Assembly: GCA_910579275.1 (NCBI GenBank)
Contig: CAJTTO010000003.1
Location: forward strand, 90,406 to 154,405
DNA from: an uncultured Lachnospiraceae bacterium
GTDB lineage: Bacteria; Bacillota; Clostridia; Lachnospirales; Lachnospiraceae
Reading direction: 5' to 3'
Length of the DNA stretch: 64,000 bases
Below the pieces are notes generated by a model. That model was given only the letters and a program-made list of their open reading frames with translations, did no database searches and was not told the origin of the DNA. Shown here piece by piece: positions 30,045-39,562 of the stretch. Numbering within the stretch: position 1 is the stretch's first letter; each line of letters opens with the position of its first letter. The position numbers and the translations under genes are program-made.

Positions 30045-30701
30045 CTATTTCAGCATTTTTGTAAGATATGTTGTCAGCATTTCCAGTCCGGGAACGTTCT
30101 CCCCGCCTCTGGGTATAATAATATCCGCGTATTTTTTGGACGGCTCCACAAACTCCTCGTGCATAGGTTTTACTGTCTCGCTGTATTGTGAAACAATGGA
30201 CTCTATGCTCCTGCCCCTCTCTATCATGTCACGCTGGATTCGGCGGATTAACCGCTCATCCGCATCCGTGTCCACATATATTTTAACGTCCATCAAATCC
30301 CTGAGCTCACGGTTTTCAAGTACCAGTATCCCTTCAAGAATGATTACCTGCCTCGGCTCCACAACAACTGTCTTATCTGACCGCGTGTGCTGGCAATAAT
30401 CGTATGTAGGCATCTCAATGTCATACCCCTTTATGAGTTTGCGCACATCCTCCGCCATCCGTTCCGACTCAAAGGCATCCGGATGATCATAGTTGAGCTT
30501 TGTGCGCTCCTCAAACGGCATATCATCATGCGCTTTATAATAATTGTCATGACTGATTACAGCAATATCATTTCCAAAATACTCATTCAATTTTTTAATA
30601 ATTGTCGTCTTCCCCGAAGCGGATCCCCCTGCCACTCCAAGCACGCAGATTTTTCTGTTTCTCTCACTTTCCTGATTCGGCATTTCCGGTTTAACCTCCA
30701 T
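30045..30701 (-). CDS. udk: Uridine kinase
   Basis: GVAGGSASGKTT, LNYDHPDAF, LEGIL and FVEPSKKYADIIIP motifs. Confidence 0.95.
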   Translation of the reverse strand: MEVKPEMPNQESERNRKICVLGVAGGSASGKTTIIKKLNEYFGNDIAVISHDNYYKAHDDMPFEERTKLNYDHPDAFESERMAEDVRKLIKGYDIEMPTYDYCQHTRSDKTVVVEPRQVIILEGILVLENRELRDLMDVKIYVDTDADERLIRRIQRDMIERGRSIESIVSQYSETVKPMHEEFVEPSKKYADIIIPRGGENVPGLEMLTTYLTKMLK

Positions 30702-31104
30702 ACAATCGTTCTTTTTTCTTATATGTGTACAATTCTATTATATTTTCAACCCGCCTTTTAATAATCCTTGGTTCATACGGCTTGATTACAATATCTGCAA
30801 CCTTATATTCAAATGCCCGGACGGTCGTCTCCTCCGAGTCGTCATCCGTGACAATTATCACCGGCAGCGTGTCCAGAATCTGCTTTTCGCGCATATACTC
30901 AAGAACACCGAACCCGTCCACTCCCGGCATAATAATATCCAGCAGGACTATTGAAAGTGCATCTGACAGCCCTGTGATTACATTGATTGCCTCCTGCCCT
31001 CCGGATGCTTCCAAAACGTCATGTTCTTCCCGAAAGATACATCCAAGCATATATCGGTCAATTCCCTTGTCATCCACCACAAGTATTTTACTTTTGTTCT
31101 CCAC
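30691..31104 (-). CDS. Single-domain response regulator (receiver only)
   Basis: ILVVDD, VLLDIIMP (phospho-Asp), IIVT and IKPY motifs; GTG start; overlaps the udk start. Confidence 0.88.
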   Translation of the reverse strand: MENKSKILVVDDKGIDRYMLGCIFREEHDVLEASGGQEAINVITGLSDALSIVLLDIIMPGVDGFGVLEYMREKQILDTLPVIIVTDDDSEETTVRAFEYKVADIVIKPYEPRIIKRRVENIIELYTYKKKERLYGG

Positions 31105-31147
31105 CTTTTCTTACTCCATTCCAACTTCTACACAGTATGCACATGCC

Positions 31148-32080
31148 CTACAACAATATGGTCACATCACTACATGCCTCCAAAACATCACGATACATCT
31201 CCTGCGCACCTTCCAGCCTGCCCGCACGCAGAATTTCCACAAGTATTCCAAGTTTGTTACGAACCCCGTCAAGTCCGAGATTCGCCGCAATCCCCTTCAA
31301 CCCATGTGCATATTCAAATGCGTTTCTCGCATTTTCTGCATTGATTTCCTTTTCCAGCCCCTCAAAATCAGGGTCTTCAAAAAATTCCTTCAGGAAACGT
31401 TTATATGCCTCCTTGTTACCCTTCATGCGCTCCAGCGCCTTATCCACGTCCACACCCATTTCCCGAAGCCTGTCCCAAAGTGCATTTTCATCTTTTGCAG
31501 CACCGATTCCACTGTACAGCATACGATTTTGCGCCTCCATAAGTTTTTTGGCTTTATCCACGCAGCAGCCCTCATTTCCCCGCAGCATCTGGACTAGCCC
31601 CCAGAAAGATGCAACAAGCAAAAATGCCGTCTCTCTTGCATCTTCCACTTTGATCTCTCCGCGAACCATGGCATTTCTCAAGTACTTTTCTATCCGATGT
31701 ACAAACGGATTATCATTCAGGCCAAGATTCCCATGGTATAGTATCTGCATATGAATCTCCGCCGGCTCAAAAGAATACAATTTATCAAGAATATTTCGCG
31801 TAATATTTTGAAAATTTGTATAAAAAGGCGCCTCCTTTACATACGTTTCATCCATTATAACAAGAAAGGGCTTAGCCTGTAATGCCGCTACTGCCCCTGC
31901 CAATGCATTCTTATCTTTAAAATGCTGGTAAATTGCCGAGTTGGAACATCCGCTTTCTTTTGCGACCCTGCGGATGGTCAGATTTTCGTATCCCTCCCGA
32001 CTAATAATTTTAATGGCTGAATCAAGTATTTTCCCTGCCACGCCATCATCCGGCATCTTCTCTTCCCTTTCATTTATCAT
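31148..32080 (-). CDS. TetR family regulator fused to a C-terminal Hpt domain
   Basis: N-terminal HTH LTIRRVAKESGCSNSAIYQHFKDK; C-terminal GVDVDKALERM...AFEYAHGLKGIAANLG Hpt signature. Confidence 0.85.
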   Translation of the reverse strand: MINEREEKMPDDGVAGKILDSAIKIISREGYENLTIRRVAKESGCSNSAIYQHFKDKNALAGAVAALQAKPFLVIMDETYVKEAPFYTNFQNITRNILDKLYSFEPAEIHMQILYHGNLGLNDNPFVHRIEKYLRNAMVRGEIKVEDARETAFLLVASFWGLVQMLRGNEGCCVDKAKKLMEAQNRMLYSGIGAAKDENALWDRLREMGVDVDKALERMKGNKEAYKRFLKEFFEDPDFEGLEKEINAENARNAFEYAHGLKGIAANLGLDGVRNKLGILVEILRAGRLEGAQEMYRDVLEACSDVTILL

Positions 32081-32114
32081 AGCAATCCCCCCTTGCGATG
32101 CAAAAGACGTTCCA

Positions 32115-32696
32115 CTAAATCTCCACTTTCAGTTCCGGCGCTTCGCCAGCCTCCTCCTCAGCCTGTTTCCGGAAATCTTCTATCTGCTCCGGATTCAGTA
32201 TCGGAAGATCCCCTAGCGACTTGACACCAAATGTTCGCAAAAACTCCTCTGTAGTACCAAAGAGCAGCGGGCGCCCTGGCGCGTCAAGTCTGCCAAGCTC
32301 CTGTATCAGATTAAATTCCAAAAGGCGGTTCACTGCATGGTCACAGCTGACCCCCCTTATCTTTTCCACCTCAAGCCGCGTCACCGGCTGCTTGTACGCG
32401 ATAATGGAAAGCGTCTCAAGCAGCGTATCCGACAAGACGTATTTTCTGGGTGCTTTTGCCACCTTAATCAGATACTCATACAGCTCGGGCTTTGTGCACA
32501 GCTGTACAGCGTCCTCAAGCTCTACAATATAAATTCCCCTGTCCTGTTTTTTATATTTTTCATTCATTCTGGCAATGACTTCCCGAATTTCCTTTTCCGG
32601 AATCTCAAGCACATGATTCAGCCGCGATAGTTCCACGGAATCACCCATGGCAAAAAGCACCGCCTCTATCACTGCCATTATCCTTTTTTCTTCCAT
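32115..32696 (-). CDS. scpB: SMC-Scp complex subunit ScpB
   Basis: LETLSIIAYKQPVTR and GRPLLFGTTEEFL motifs. Confidence 0.95.
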   Translation of the reverse strand: MEEKRIMAVIEAVLFAMGDSVELSRLNHVLEIPEKEIREVIARMNEKYKKQDRGIYIVELEDAVQLCTKPELYEYLIKVAKAPRKYVLSDTLLETLSIIAYKQPVTRLEVEKIRGVSCDHAVNRLLEFNLIQELGRLDAPGRPLLFGTTEEFLRTFGVKSLGDLPILNPEQIEDFRKQAEEEAGEAPELKVEI

Positions 32697-32721
32697 ACCA
32701 TACTTACCTTTATATTGTTGT

Positions 32722-33471
32722 TTATGCTGCAAGACTCGATGTGATTACGATATCCGAAAAAGTCTCCTCCTGCTCAATCGAGATAATCCCCTGCTTCATC
32801 ATTTCCAAAATCGCCATAAACGTGACGATGACTTCCATCTTGCTCCCCTGCTTTTCCAAAAGACTCCGAAAACTGAATCTTCTGTGATTCTTGACATACT
32901 CCTCTATGTACCCCTGTTTTTCTTCCAGATTGATTTCGTCTTTCTCTATCTTGCCAAACTGGCTTCTGATGGGATCAATCTTGTCCTCCTGACGTCTCAT
33001 CACCGCCTTGAATATCTCATGCAGTTTTGCCAGATTGACATCCCCTGCAAGCTCTTCGTAGTCTATGGGGTATTGATAATCCATGACCTCCTTGGGCAGC
33101 ATGGGTTTTTTAAACCAGCTTTTAGCCGCGTCCACCTGCTTGTCCCGAAGTTCAAATGCCATATACTTATACATTTTATATTCAAGAAGTTTCTGCACCA
33201 GTTCCGCCCTCGGATCTTCTTCTTCCCCTTCCTCGTTGACTTCCCTCGGAAGAAGCATCCTGCATTTGATGTCCAGAAGCGTCGCTGCCATCACAAGGAA
33301 CTCGCTCATGACATTCATGTCCTCTGTCTGCATATTGCGAATGTAGTCCAGATACTGTTCCGTGATAACGACAATCGGTATGTCATAAATATCTATCTTA
33401 TTTTTTTCTATTAAGTAAAGCAGCAGATCCAATGGTCCTTCAAACACTTCCAGCCGCACGGATAAGCCCAT
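32722..33471 (-). CDS. scpA: Segregation/condensation protein A
   Basis: FEGPLDLLLYLI, FLVMAATLL and VTFMAILEM motifs. Confidence 0.95.
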   Translation of the reverse strand: MGLSVRLEVFEGPLDLLLYLIEKNKIDIYDIPIVVITEQYLDYIRNMQTEDMNVMSEFLVMAATLLDIKCRMLLPREVNEEGEEEDPRAELVQKLLEYKMYKYMAFELRDKQVDAAKSWFKKPMLPKEVMDYQYPIDYEELAGDVNLAKLHEIFKAVMRRQEDKIDPIRSQFGKIEKDEINLEEKQGYIEEYVKNHRRFSFRSLLEKQGSKMEVIVTFMAILEMMKQGIISIEQEETFSDIVITSSLAA

Positions 33472-33530
33472 ACAAAAACCCCCAAATCTAAATAAAAATG
33501 AAAAGAGATAGCAATAACTGTATCTTTTTT

Positions 33531-33559
33531 ATTTTACATAGATTTGAGGGAAAATGCAA
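33531..33559 (-). promoter_or_regulatory. Putative sigma-A promoter of scpA
   Basis: TTGCAT, 17 nt, TAAAAT. Confidence 0.55.
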
Positions 33560-33568
33560 TGCAAACTG

Positions 33569-34444
33569 TTATTCGCATTTTGTTTTTAATGTCACATCAT
33601 ATAATTCTGCCGGATTAAAGAAGCGCAGTGGTATCGTGTGAGAGCCCATGCCGCGCCCCAGCAGCATTGTGGCGTTTTCTGATTTGAATACCCCTCCGTC
33701 ATACTTCGGAAATATTTTGTAGGAGGGTGCTATGACTCCGCCCAGAAAAGGCAGTCGCATAATACCTCCATGGACATGTCCTGACAGTACCAAATCCGCC
33801 CCCCATCGCGCATACTGCTCGAAATAATCAGGGTTGTGCGCTATCAGGATATTACATTTGCTTTTATCATATTTCGGAAGTGTCTTTTGCAGATACCCGT
33901 CTTCCATCTTCCTAATCCGAAAATGTGCAAAATACTTCAAATCCAAATCCAGTCCTGTTACCCGAATCTGGTATTCCGGAATATCAACGGACGTATTGTC
34001 AAGCAAAAAAACATTTTTGTCCTTTATCCCGTCCATTAGCCTGTCAAACTTGTCGTCAAATTTATCAGGGCACTGTCGCAGCTTTGATTCGTGGTTTCCC
34101 AACCCATAATATATCCTGTACTCCCTGCCCAGCGCCTTCACCAGCTCAATGCCCGGTGTCATGTCCTCACTCGCTTTTGATGTGACAAGGTCGCCCGCCA
34201 GTATGATAAAATCCGGATTTATCTTCCTGACAGCCTCCATGACCTTGTCATTGTTCTTCCCATATACCTTGTTATGAAGATCGGATATCAGTACAAATCT
34301 GCACTCTTTCGTCAGCCCCGCAAGGCAAAATTCCTCCTTTACCGTCACAAACCGGTTACCGTCTATCAACCCGACTGCCAAAAGCGCGGCAGCCATTATG
34401 ACAATGACTAGAATGCCTATTCCCAATATACTTTGCATGCTCAT
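33569..34444 (-). CDS. Membrane-anchored metallophosphoesterase (YkuE-like)
   Basis: SDLH, GDLV, GNHE, AHNP and SGHVHGG motifs. Confidence 0.9.
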   Translation of the reverse strand: MSMQSILGIGILVIVIMAAALLAVGLIDGNRFVTVKEEFCLAGLTKECRFVLISDLHNKVYGKNNDKVMEAVRKINPDFIILAGDLVTSKASEDMTPGIELVKALGREYRIYYGLGNHESKLRQCPDKFDDKFDRLMDGIKDKNVFLLDNTSVDIPEYQIRVTGLDLDLKYFAHFRIRKMEDGYLQKTLPKYDKSKCNILIAHNPDYFEQYARWGADLVLSGHVHGGIMRLPFLGGVIAPSYKIFPKYDGGVFKSENATMLLGRGMGSHTIPLRFFNPAELYDVTLKTKCE

Positions 34445-34463
34445 TGTTTCTCCCCTGCTCCCG

Positions 34464-35693
34464 TTATATCAGATATTTCATAAATATCTTTTTCAGATAG
34501 TCTATATAATATGCTTTTTCCACCGCCTCGGAAGTGATAATGGCAACTTTGCCAAGCTCCTTGCCGCCAAGGCTGTAACAAATCTGTCCGACCTCCGCTC
34601 CTTTCTCAACGGGTGCCGCCACAGAATCCAAGTACTGATATTTCTTCTCAATCTGGCTAAAATCCGCTCCGTTCGTGTCAAGATACCGGAATGCGCCTTT
34701 GGGTTCTACGGCAAGGAATTCCTCCTTACCGCCTGTTACAGGCACATCGCTTAACGGCTCCCTGTTCTCATCCACGTACAGCCGTGTCATGGCAAACCCA
34801 TATTCCAAAAGACTCCGTGCCTCGGCAAAGCGGATTTTAAAGTCAGGTGCTCCCATGATAACCGCAATCAGGTCAATTCCGTCTTTGTTTGCAGTCGCAC
34901 TAAAACAATATTTCGCCGCATTTGTCGACCCCGTCTTTAAGCCTGTCGTCCATTGGTACTGCTTGAGCAGCTTGTTGGTACTTGACAGCGTAAACGGCTT
35001 GCTCCCCTGTCTCGTCACATGGGTAATGTCTTCCATCCAGATTTTTGTATAGTTGTATATCTGCGGATATCTGGTAATCAGCTCCTTTGACATGATTGCC
35101 ACATCCCTTGCCGTTGTGTGGTGCGAACTGTCCGAGCTTAGGCCGCAGCAGTCAAGAAAATGTGTATTCGTCATGCCAAGCTGCGCCGCCTTTTCATTCA
35201 TCATGTTGACAAACTCCGACTCGCTTCCTGCAATATACTCCGCCATTGCCACAGATGCGTCATTGCCGCTTGCCACCGTGATACATTTGATGAGCGTGTC
35301 TACAGTCTGTATCTCCCCTTCCTCAAGAAAAACCTGAGAGCCTCCCATTGATTTTGCGTAGGCGCTCGTGCACACCTCATCCTCAAGCTTTATCCTGCCT
35401 TTTTCAAGGGCTTCAAACGTAAGGAGCAATGTCATTATCTTCGTAATACTTGCCGGACTGCGCATCTCATCAGGATTTTTCTCAAACAAAACGGTACCTG
35501 TTGATGCCTCCATCAGTATCGCCGACGGTGATGCCAGCGTCAAAGCCGTGGAATTTGCCTCACTGCCCTGCTCTGCCTCCTCCTCGGCAAAAACCATACT
35601 GCCGCAAAGCAGCACAATGCACATTGCAGCCGAAATGATTCTATATATTCTTTTATATATTTTATTGTGTTTCCTTTGCCTGACACTTTTCAT
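34464..35693 (-). CDS. dacF: D-alanyl-D-alanine carboxypeptidase (S11), DacF-like
   Basis: PASITKIMT, MGGSQVFLE, SGND and LKTG motifs. Confidence 0.8.
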   Translation of the reverse strand: MKSVRQRKHNKIYKRIYRIISAAMCIVLLCGSMVFAEEEAEQGSEANSTALTLASPSAILMEASTGTVLFEKNPDEMRSPASITKIMTLLLTFEALEKGRIKLEDEVCTSAYAKSMGGSQVFLEEGEIQTVDTLIKCITVASGNDASVAMAEYIAGSESEFVNMMNEKAAQLGMTNTHFLDCCGLSSDSSHHTTARDVAIMSKELITRYPQIYNYTKIWMEDITHVTRQGSKPFTLSSTNKLLKQYQWTTGLKTGSTNAAKYCFSATANKDGIDLIAVIMGAPDFKIRFAEARSLLEYGFAMTRLYVDENREPLSDVPVTGGKEEFLAVEPKGAFRYLDTNGADFSQIEKKYQYLDSVAAPVEKGAEVGQICYSLGGKELGKVAIITSEAVEKAYYIDYLKKIFMKYLI

Positions 35694-35724
35694 AAAAGCA
35701 GACCTCGTACCTTACTTATTATGA

Positions 35725-35754
35725 AATCTATGCCGCTTTTCCATCGTATATGAC
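35725..35754 (-). promoter_or_regulatory. Putative sigma-E-like promoter
   Basis: GTCATAT, 15 nt, CATAGATT on the minus strand. Confidence 0.45.
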
Positions 35755-35834
35755 TGAAAATTCTGATTACAGAATATCCAGTCATAAAGAAAGAATACCG
35801 GTTTTCGATATTCTTTCCCAAACAACTTTTTCTA

Positions 35835-36470
35835 TTATCTTCCAATTAATTTATGGCAGAAATCTACAAATACTTCCTTTTTCCCGATAAGCTCTTCCCG
35901 CATCTCCTCGTCAATTTTGACAGACAGGGAAAAGTGATAGCCAAAATCCAGTACGCTCATCGCCAGGACCAATGCAATTGTCTTAAGCCCCCATGCTCTT
36001 GGGTATCTGTCCACGAAACGAATCACCTTTTCAAACAAAAATGTTATGATGACCACCGCATAAAGCCCCCATGCCAGTGTACTTTCCAGACAGACCATTC
36101 CCTTGTAATTGCAAAATTTGTCGTTGTAGTCCCACCAGACCTCACCAAAAAGCCGCATCATTAATTTAGCTACAATAAACTCAAACAAGGTGGCAAGCAG
36201 CGCCCCTACTATGTACAATGCGGCAATGTTATGCGCCAGCGGGTGTAATAGGATATACCCCAATGTCGCCCCAACACCATAAATCGGGCAATACGGTCCT
36301 GTCATAAATCCCCTGTTGGTAATTTTTTTGTTGCACAATGACATATAGACAGATTCCACCATCCACCCTATAATGCTAAAAAGGAAAAAGCACGCAACGA
36401 TATGGTACATATCATATCCTGCGATCTGATATTTTGCCAGCCACATAGAAATCTTTTCCAATAATCTCAC
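35835..36470 (-). CDS. Membrane protein, CmpB/DUF1113 family (putative ABC permease)
   Basis: NRGFMTGPYCPIYG and WWDY...NYKGMVCL...WG motifs. Confidence 0.8.
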   Translation of the reverse strand: MRLLEKISMWLAKYQIAGYDMYHIVACFFLFSIIGWMVESVYMSLCNKKITNRGFMTGPYCPIYGVGATLGYILLHPLAHNIAALYIVGALLATLFEFIVAKLMMRLFGEVWWDYNDKFCNYKGMVCLESTLAWGLYAVVIITFLFEKVIRFVDRYPRAWGLKTIALVLAMSVLDFGYHFSLSVKIDEEMREELIGKKEVFVDFCHKLIGR

Positions 36471-36479
36471 CCCTCACGC

Positions 36480-36510
36480 AAAAATCCTTGGCGAAACAGC
36501 CAAGGATTTT
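36480..36510 (-). terminator. Rho-independent terminator of rpsU
   Basis: AAAATCCTTGGC/GCCAAGGATTTT stem with T-tracts. Confidence 0.8.
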
Positions 36511-36527
36511 GATTCAATTAATAAAAA

Positions 36528-36704
36528 TTAATTATATTTACGTTTTCTAGCTGCTTCTGACTTTTTCTTGCGTTTTACGCTTGGCTTCTCGTAATGCTCT
36601 CTTTTGCGGATTTCCTGCTGAATTCCGGCTTTAGCGCAACTTCTCTTAAATCTACGTAAAGCGCTATCCAAAGTCTCGTTTTCTTTAACGATTACATTTG
36701 ACAT
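36528..36704 (-). CDS. rpsU: 30S ribosomal protein S21 (58 aa; below the ORF-track cutoff)
   Basis: Manual translation: [58 protein letters not shown]. Confidence 0.97.
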   Translation of the reverse strand: MSNVIVKENETLDSALRRFKRSCAKAGIQQEIRKREHYEKPSVKRKKKSEAARKRKYN

Positions 36705-36780
36705 GCTATCACACCTAACCTCCCTCCAGCCCTATTATTGTGTGCCAGACTGTTCGGGTATACTTAATTGCACATTTATG

Positions 36781-36808
36781 ATTATATCACATATCGCGCA
36801 CACGTCAA
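36781..36808 (-). promoter_or_regulatory. Sigma-A promoter of rpsU
   Basis: TTGACG, 16 nt, TATAAT with a TG extension. Confidence 0.7.
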
Positions 36809-36833
36809 TAGTTTTTTGGATTATTTTTCATTT

Positions 36834-39491
36834 TTATTTTATTTGTCCTTCAAGAACGGTTTTCGCTTCCGCGACTGCCTTGTCTATTCCCTCCGGATTT
36901 TTTCCACCGGCCTGCGCCATGTTGGGGCGTCCACCGCCGCCACCGCCTACAAGTCCTGCAATTCCCTTGATGAGGTTGCCCGCATGGGCACCTTTTGCCA
37001 TGGCGTCATCTGTAGCCATCGCCACAAGATTCACTTTGCCGTCAACACCCGAAGCAAGTACTACAACACCTTCACCGAGTTTTGCCTTCAGCTGGTCACC
37101 CAAGTCTCTCAGACCGTTCATGTCCACTCCGTCAACCCTTGCAGCGAGGAGCTTTACGCCTTTTACCTCTGTCACCTGATTCATGACATCACCAAGCGCC
37201 TCCTTTGCCGCCTTACTCTTGAGCGACTCATTCTCACTCTGAAGCGCCTTGATTTCCGCCATCATGTGCTCAATTTTATCAATTAAATTTGCAGCGTTTG
37301 TCTTTGCTGCCTTTGCTGCAGCCTCCAGCTGATTTTCTATATTTTTGTAATATTCAAGTACATTGTCGCCTGTCAGCGCTTCAATACGGCGCACGCCGGC
37401 AGCGATGCCGCTTTCGGACGCAATCTTGAATACGGTGACATCTCCCGTGCTCTTTACATGCGTGCCGCCACAGAATTCTTTGGAGAAATCCCCCATTGAC
37501 ACGACGCGCACTGTCTCACCGTACTTTTCGTCAAACAAAGCCATCGCACCTGTCTTTTTTGCCTCGTCCATCGTCATGACCTGTGTGTCAACGGCAATAT
37601 TCTCTGCAATCTTTTCATTAACGATCTTCTCGACTGCCGCAAGCTCGTCAGCCGTCATTGCCTCGAAATGGCTGAAGTCAAATCTTGTGCGTTCTCCATC
37701 CTGATAAGAGCCTTTCTGCTGTACGTGCGTGCCAAGCACCTCGCGGAGCGCTTTCTGCAATAAGTGTGTCGCAGAGTGGTTCTTACAGATTTTTGCCCGA
37801 AGTGTCTCATCCACCTGCAAAGTAACCGTATCTCCCACTTTAATCATGCCGCGCGCCACTCTGCCGATATGTCCGACTTTGCCGCCCAACAGTTTTATCG
37901 TATCCTCCACGACAAACTCGCCGGAATCCGCAGTGATAACACCCTTGTCACCCTGCTGGCCGCCCATAGTCGCATAAAATGGTGTTTCGTCCACGATAAT
38001 CGTTCCGATTTCCCCGTCAGAAAGCGCCTCGACAAGCTCGCTTTCAGTTGTCAGCACGGAAACCTTTGAATCAGCTGTCAATGTATCGTATCCAACAAAA
38101 GATGATGTTATGGCAGGGTCGATTGACTCGTATACTGTCGCGTCCGCTCCCATGTAGTTGGTCTCTTTACGCGCGTTTCTCGCCTTGGTGCGCTGTTCCT
38201 CCATGGCTGCATTAAATCCGTCCTCATCAATGGAAAACCCTTTTTCCTCCAATATTTCATGTGTGAGGTCTACAGGGAATCCATATGTATCGTACAATTT
38301 AAATACATTCTCTCCGGAGAGGACTTTCTCTCCTGCCGCCTGCATCTTATCCTGCATATCGGAAAGAATCGCCAGCCCCTGATCAATTGTCTTACTAAAT
38401 TTTTCTTCTTCCTGCGTCAGCACCTTAAAGATAAAATCCTTTTTCTCGTCAAGCTCGGGATAACCGTCCTTGCACTCGTCAATGACTGTCTTTGCAAAGT
38501 CAGCCATAAAGGCGCCCTCGATGCCAAGCATCCTTCCATGACGCGCCGCACGCCGGATGATACGTCTAAGCACATACCCGCGCCCTTCGTTTGTCGGCAT
38601 AATGCCATCAGAAATCATAAAAGTCGCAGAACGGATATGATCCGTAATCAGCCTGATTGAGACGTCATTCTTTTCATCCTTCTGATATTCTACACCCGCA
38701 ACCGCACATACTCTGTCGCGGATTGCTTTCATTGTGTTAATGTCAAACACCGTGTCTACATCCTGAACGACTACAGCAAGTCTTTCGAGTCCCATTCCGG
38801 TATCAATATTCTTCTGCGCAAGTTCCTCGTAATGCCCCTTGCCGTCTCCCTCAAACTGTGTAAATACATCATTCCAGACTTCCATGTAGCGGTCACAGTC
38901 ACACCCTACCTTACAGTCGGGTTTTCCGCAGCCGTACTTGATGCCCCTGTCATAATAAATCTCCGAACAAGGACCGCAGGGACCAGCCCCATGCTCCCAG
39001 AAATTATCGCATTCGCCCGTCTCCGGATCACGGTAAAAACGTGTTATCTTCTCAGCAGGAACGCCAATCTCGTTTACCCATATATTATAGGCTTCCTCGT
39101 CCTCACAGTAAATGGACGGATACAGCCGCTCCGGGTCAAGCCCGACTACCTTTGTCAGGAACTCCCAGCTCCACGCAAGCGCCTCATGTTTGAAGTAGTC
39201 ACCGAACGAGAAATTGCCGAGCATCTCAAAAAATGTAAGGTGCCTTGCCGTCTTACCAACGTTTTCAATATCTCCTGTCCTGACACATTTCTGGCATGTG
39301 GTAACACGCCGTCTCGGCGGTATCTCCTGCCCCGTAAAATATGGTTTCAGGGGTGCCATGCCTGAATTGATAATCAACAGACTATTGTCATTATGCGGCA
39401 CCAGCGAAAAGCTTTTCATCGCCAAATGTTCTTTGCTTTCGAAGAACGCAAGAAACATTCTCCGAAGCTCGTTTACTCCGTAGTTTTTCAC
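36834..39491 (-). CDS. alaS: Alanine--tRNA ligase
   Basis: FFEMLGNFSFGDYFK, DTGMGLER, HSATHLL, FCGGTH and GGGGGRPNMAQAGG motifs. Confidence 0.98.
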   Translation of the reverse strand: MKNYGVNELRRMFLAFFESKEHLAMKSFSLVPHNDNSLLIINSGMAPLKPYFTGQEIPPRRRVTTCQKCVRTGDIENVGKTARHLTFFEMLGNFSFGDYFKHEALAWSWEFLTKVVGLDPERLYPSIYCEDEEAYNIWVNEIGVPAEKITRFYRDPETGECDNFWEHGAGPCGPCSEIYYDRGIKYGCGKPDCKVGCDCDRYMEVWNDVFTQFEGDGKGHYEELAQKNIDTGMGLERLAVVVQDVDTVFDINTMKAIRDRVCAVAGVEYQKDEKNDVSIRLITDHIRSATFMISDGIMPTNEGRGYVLRRIIRRAARHGRMLGIEGAFMADFAKTVIDECKDGYPELDEKKDFIFKVLTQEEEKFSKTIDQGLAILSDMQDKMQAAGEKVLSGENVFKLYDTYGFPVDLTHEILEEKGFSIDEDGFNAAMEEQRTKARNARKETNYMGADATVYESIDPAITSSFVGYDTLTADSKVSVLTTESELVEALSDGEIGTIIVDETPFYATMGGQQGDKGVITADSGEFVVEDTIKLLGGKVGHIGRVARGMIKVGDTVTLQVDETLRAKICKNHSATHLLQKALREVLGTHVQQKGSYQDGERTRFDFSHFEAMTADELAAVEKIVNEKIAENIAVDTQVMTMDEAKKTGAMALFDEKYGETVRVVSMGDFSKEFCGGTHVKSTGDVTVFKIASESGIAAGVRRIEALTGDNVLEYYKNIENQLEAAAKAAKTNAANLIDKIEHMMAEIKALQSENESLKSKAAKEALGDVMNQVTEVKGVKLLAARVDGVDMNGLRDLGDQLKAKLGEGVVVLASGVDGKVNLVAMATDDAMAKGAHAGNLIKGIAGLVGGGGGGRPNMAQAGGKNPEGIDKAVAEAKTVLEGQIK

Positions 39492-39562
39492 AATATTTCC
39501 TCCAAATCATCTATACACTTATACAATACTGCTTCAATACACAAAAATTCATGCACTGCTTA

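Noticed and set aside
30725..31754. Long plus-strand ORFs of 290 and 255 aa
   Set aside because: Antisense shadows of the receiver and TetR-Hpt genes; no motifs and atypical composition.
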